Source of the DNA: Antechinus flavipes
Taxonomy: Eukaryota
Length of the DNA: 64,000 nucleotides
Reading direction: 5' to 3'
Assembly (NCBI RefSeq): GCF_016432865.1
Contig: NC_067404.1
Coordinates: forward strand, 10,664,001-10,728,000
Shown here: positions 60,674 to 64,000 of the stretch, one piece after another
How positions within the stretch are numbered: position 1 is the stretch's first letter
Layout of the letters: every line of letters starts with the position of its first letter
Notes under the pieces: model-generated
What the model was told of the DNA's origin: nothing
Database searches by the model: none
Seen by the model: only the letters and a program-made list of their open reading frames with translations
Translations under genes and position numbers: made by a program

Positions 60674-61109
60674 GGTTGCAGGTAAAGGGGCCTTCACTTT
60701 CTAGGAAAATCACTTTGGTGGCCAAATGGATGATGGGCTTGTTGGGGTACTTGGCACATGTCAAGGTGTTGTCTTTGAAAGAATTCAGGCTCAAACCTTC
60801 TCCAAATCCAGCATGAGCGTTTACTGGATCGTGCAAGCTCTCTCCTCGAGAAAAAGAGGCAGCCCAGCACAGTAAGGAGAGCAGGGATATTGAGAAGGGA
60901 AAGGAAGAAAGAACAGGAAAATTGGGCAAAATGGGAAAACTGAACAATCTCAGGTAAGATGGGCATGGGAAAAATCCCTGTGATTATGTATCTCTCAGAT
61001 AGGATATGCATGGAAAAAGTCCTTTTGCTCTACTAACAGAGACAGAGACAAAGATAAAGAGAGAGACAGACAGAGTAAAGATAGAGGGAGATAGAAAGAC
61101 AAACATCAA

Positions 61110-62510
61110 ACACAGAGAAAGAGAGATCGATGTGGCAGCCCTCTTTGTAGTGGCCAGAAACTGGAAACTGAGTGGATGCTCATCCATTGGAGAATGGCTG
61201 AATAAATTGTGGTATATGAATATTATGGAATATTATTGTTCGGTAAGAAATGACCAGCAGGATGATTTCAGAAAAGCCTGGAGAGACTTAACGAACTGAT
61301 GCTGAGTGAAACGAGCAGGGCCAGGAGATCATTCTATACTTCAACAACAATACTGTATGATGACCAAATCAGTTCCGATAGATCAGTAATGAACTGAACC
61401 AGCTACACCCAGAGAAAGAACTCTGGGAGATGGCTAAGAACCACTACATAGAATTCCCAATCCTTCTATTTTTGTCCACCTGTATTTTTGATTTCCTTCA
61501 CAGGCTAATTGTACAATGTTTCAGAGTCCGATTCTTTTTGTACAGCAAAATAAGTTTGGTCATGTATACTTATTGTGTATTAACTTATACTTTAATATAT
61601 TTAACATGTATTGGTCAACCTGCCATCTGGGGGAGGGGGTGAGGGGAAGGAGGAGAAAAATTGGAACAAAAGGTTTGGCAATTGTCAATGCTGTAAAATT
61701 ACTCATGCATATAACTTGGTTTTTTTGTTTTTTGTTTTTTAATTTTTATTTAATAATTACTTTATATTGACAGAATCCATGCCAGGGTAATTTTTTTTTT
61801 TTTTTTTACAACATTATCCCTTGCACTCGTTTCTGTTCCAATTTTTTTTTTCCCCTCCCTCCCTCCACCCCCTCCCCTAGATGGCAAGCAGTCCTTTATA
61901 TGTTTGATATGTTGCAGTATATCCTAGATACAATATATGTGTGCAGAACCAAACAGTTCTCTTGTTGCATAGGGAGAATTGGATTCAGAAGGTAGAAATA
62001 ACCCGGGAAGAAAAACAAAAATGCAGATAGTTCACATTCGTTTCCCAGTGTTCTTTCTTTGGGTGTAGCTGCTTTTGTCCGTCATTTATCAATTGAAACT
62101 CAGTTAGGTCTCTTTGTCAAAGAAATCCACTTCCATCAAAATATGTCCTCATACAATATCGTTGTCGAAGTGTATAATGATCTCCTGGTTCTGCTCATTT
62201 CACTTAGCATCAGTTCATGTAAGTCTCGCCAGTCCTCTCTGTATTCATCCTGCTGGTCATTTCTTACAGAACAATAATATTCCATAACATTCATATACCA
62301 CAATTTACCCAGCCATTCTCCAATGGATGGGCATCCATTCATTTTCCAGTTTCTAGCCACTACAAAAAGGGCTGCTACAAACATTTTGGCACATACAGGT
62401 CCCTTTCCCTTCTTTAGTATTTCTTTGGGATATAAGCCCAATAGAAACACTGCTGGATCAAAGGGTAATGCATATAACTTGTAAATAAAAAGCTATTTAA
62501 AAAATTCTTT
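61110..62510 (+). mobile_element. 5'-truncated L1 (host of a nested L1)
   Basis: ORF2 C-terminus and 3' UTR at 61110-61718, resuming at 62482 with the polyA signal; flanked by agagatcga. Confidence 0.85.
61719..62467 (-). mobile_element. Young L1 inserted antisense into the 3' UTR of the previous L1, 14-bp TSD
   Basis: TSD atgcatataacttg at 61705-61718 and 62468-62481. Confidence 0.93.
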
Positions 62511-63212
62511 TAAAAGAGATCGAAAGACAGAGATTGAGTTTTTGAGGCTGGTGCAGCAACTAGATGGGCATGGGGAAGGATTTTTTTATTCTAGTGAGGC
62601 CCATGAGAAAGAGTGAGTTAGGATGCTGGAGCCGGGGCAGCAGCTAAGATTCCATCAGATTGGAGTGGGGAAGAGACTTGAGACAGGGGGTGAGGGCCTG
62701 CACTAGGCTGGGGCAGTGTCCGAGAGAGAAGGCAGTAGATTTGAGATATGCTGGTTGTAAAGGTAAAGAAAGGCCTTGGCAAACACATTGGCTATGGAAG
62801 TTGAGAGACACTCGGGGGAGATTGGGAAGATAGTGATGTCCTGGATAGTAATAAGGAAGTTGGGAGGGGTGTGAGTTTAGGAGCAAAGTTAATGAATTAA
62901 TTTAATTAAGGCAATGTTGCATTTAAGATGCCCATTCAAAATCCAATTGGAGATGTTCAGTAAGTAGACAGAAATGCAAGGTTAGAAGTCAGCTGAGAGC
63001 AGGATAGGTGAAAACCCTAAATGGCCCAATCTAAAAACCATAAATTCAAATGCTGATTAAGACAAAAGTTTGTCTGGAAGGCCACTGACTGCCAAAGCTG
63101 TCACCAAAAGAGAAAGAAGGCTCCCTTTTCCATAAAAGCCTTGCCTGTTTCATTAATAAAGGCCATTCAAATTCCATTTCCACTCAAAAACAGTTTACTG
63201 GGGCCCATTCTT

Positions 63213-63388
63213 TTGTTTGCTTCTTTGCTTTGTTTTGTTTTGTTTTGCTGAGGCAATCGGGGTTAAGGGACTTGTTCAAGGTCACACAGCTAGGAAGTGT
63301 TAAGTGTCTGAGGTTGGATTTGAACTCAGGTCCTCCTTACTTAAGTGCTGGTGCTCTATCCACTGTGACTGTGACACCTACTTTCTCC
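63213..63388 (-). mobile_element. WSINE1-like SINE with 15-bp TSD
   Basis: TSD ctggggcccattctt at 63198-63212 and 63389-63403. Confidence 0.9.
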
Positions 63389-63403
63389 CTGGGGCCCATT
63401 CTT

Positions 63404-63916
63404 TTTTTGTTGTTGTTGTTATTTATCTTTCACTTTTTTTTTTTTAATTATAGCTTTTTATTTACAAGACATATGCATGGGTAATTTTTCAGCATTGACC
63501 CTTGCAAAACTTGTTCCAATTTTTCCCCTCCTTCCCCTCACCCCCTCCCCAAGATGGCAGGTAGACCAATACATGTTAAATATGTTAAATACAATATATG
63601 CATACATATCCATACAGTTATTTTGCTGCAGAAGAAAAATCAGACTTAGACATAGGTAAAAATAACCTGAGAGGGAAATCAAAAATAAAGGGATCGGGAA
63701 TTCTACATAATGGTTCGTAGTCATCTCCCAGAGTTCTTTCGCTGGTAGCTGGTTCAGTTCATTCCTGCTCTATTGGAACTGATTTGGTTCATCTCATTGT
63801 TGAAGAGGGCCAGGTCCATCAGAATTGATCATCGTGTATTCTTGTTGTTGAAGTGTATAATGCTCTCCCGGCCCTGCTCATTTCACTCAGCATCAGTTCA
63901 TGCAAGTCTCTCCAGA
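63404..63916 (-). mobile_element. 5'-truncated L1 with 12-bp TSD, directly abutting the SINE
   Basis: TSD gggcccattctt at 63392-63403 and 63917-63928. Confidence 0.9.
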
Positions 63917-64000
63917 GGGCCCATTCTTATTGATTCACTTTGCTTGGTGTCTTGGGCTGAGTCCATGGAATACGTGCTGGGTATGTTTGACAGCCATCAG

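Noticed and set aside
60705-60871. Exon-like segment open on both strands (FKDNTLTCAKYPNKPIIHLATKVIF)
   Set aside because: The minus strand contains gccaccaaagtgattttcct, a hallmark of the L2 3' region, so it is most likely L2-derived.

Overview
Repeat-rich vertebrate genomic DNA, almost certainly marsupial and probably dasyurid. This is inferred from WSINE1-like and MAR1-like CORE-SINEs, dasyurid-type L1 3' ends and a marsupial RTE-clade LINE. I recognise no known protein-coding gene, tRNA, rRNA or CRISPR array. Most of the window is interspersed repeat: 5'-truncated L1s with readable target-site duplications (TSDs), an old L1 5' half, a ~2.8 kb decayed RTE LINE, L2 and CR1/L3 relics, four solo-LTR-like elements, hAT-like MITEs and many SINEs. 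There is a 445-N assembly gap at 22504-22948. The left ~20 kb is visibly GC- and CpG-rich, even inside old repeats, while 47-52 kb is an AT-rich L1 cluster. The best-supported unusual observation is serial re-use of one insertion site: three different L1 3' ends stacked between four copies of a 16-bp TSD (49318-50716), and a SINE plus an L1 between three copies of another TSD (63198-63928). The best gene-like signal is a candidate minus-strand multi-exon transcript (about 13.2 kb to 0.6 kb) with a strong-Kozak ATG at 9717. It could encode an unrecognised 87-124 aa protein or be a lncRNA. All exon calls are by eye and unvalidated, and repeat family names are from recall, not a database search.
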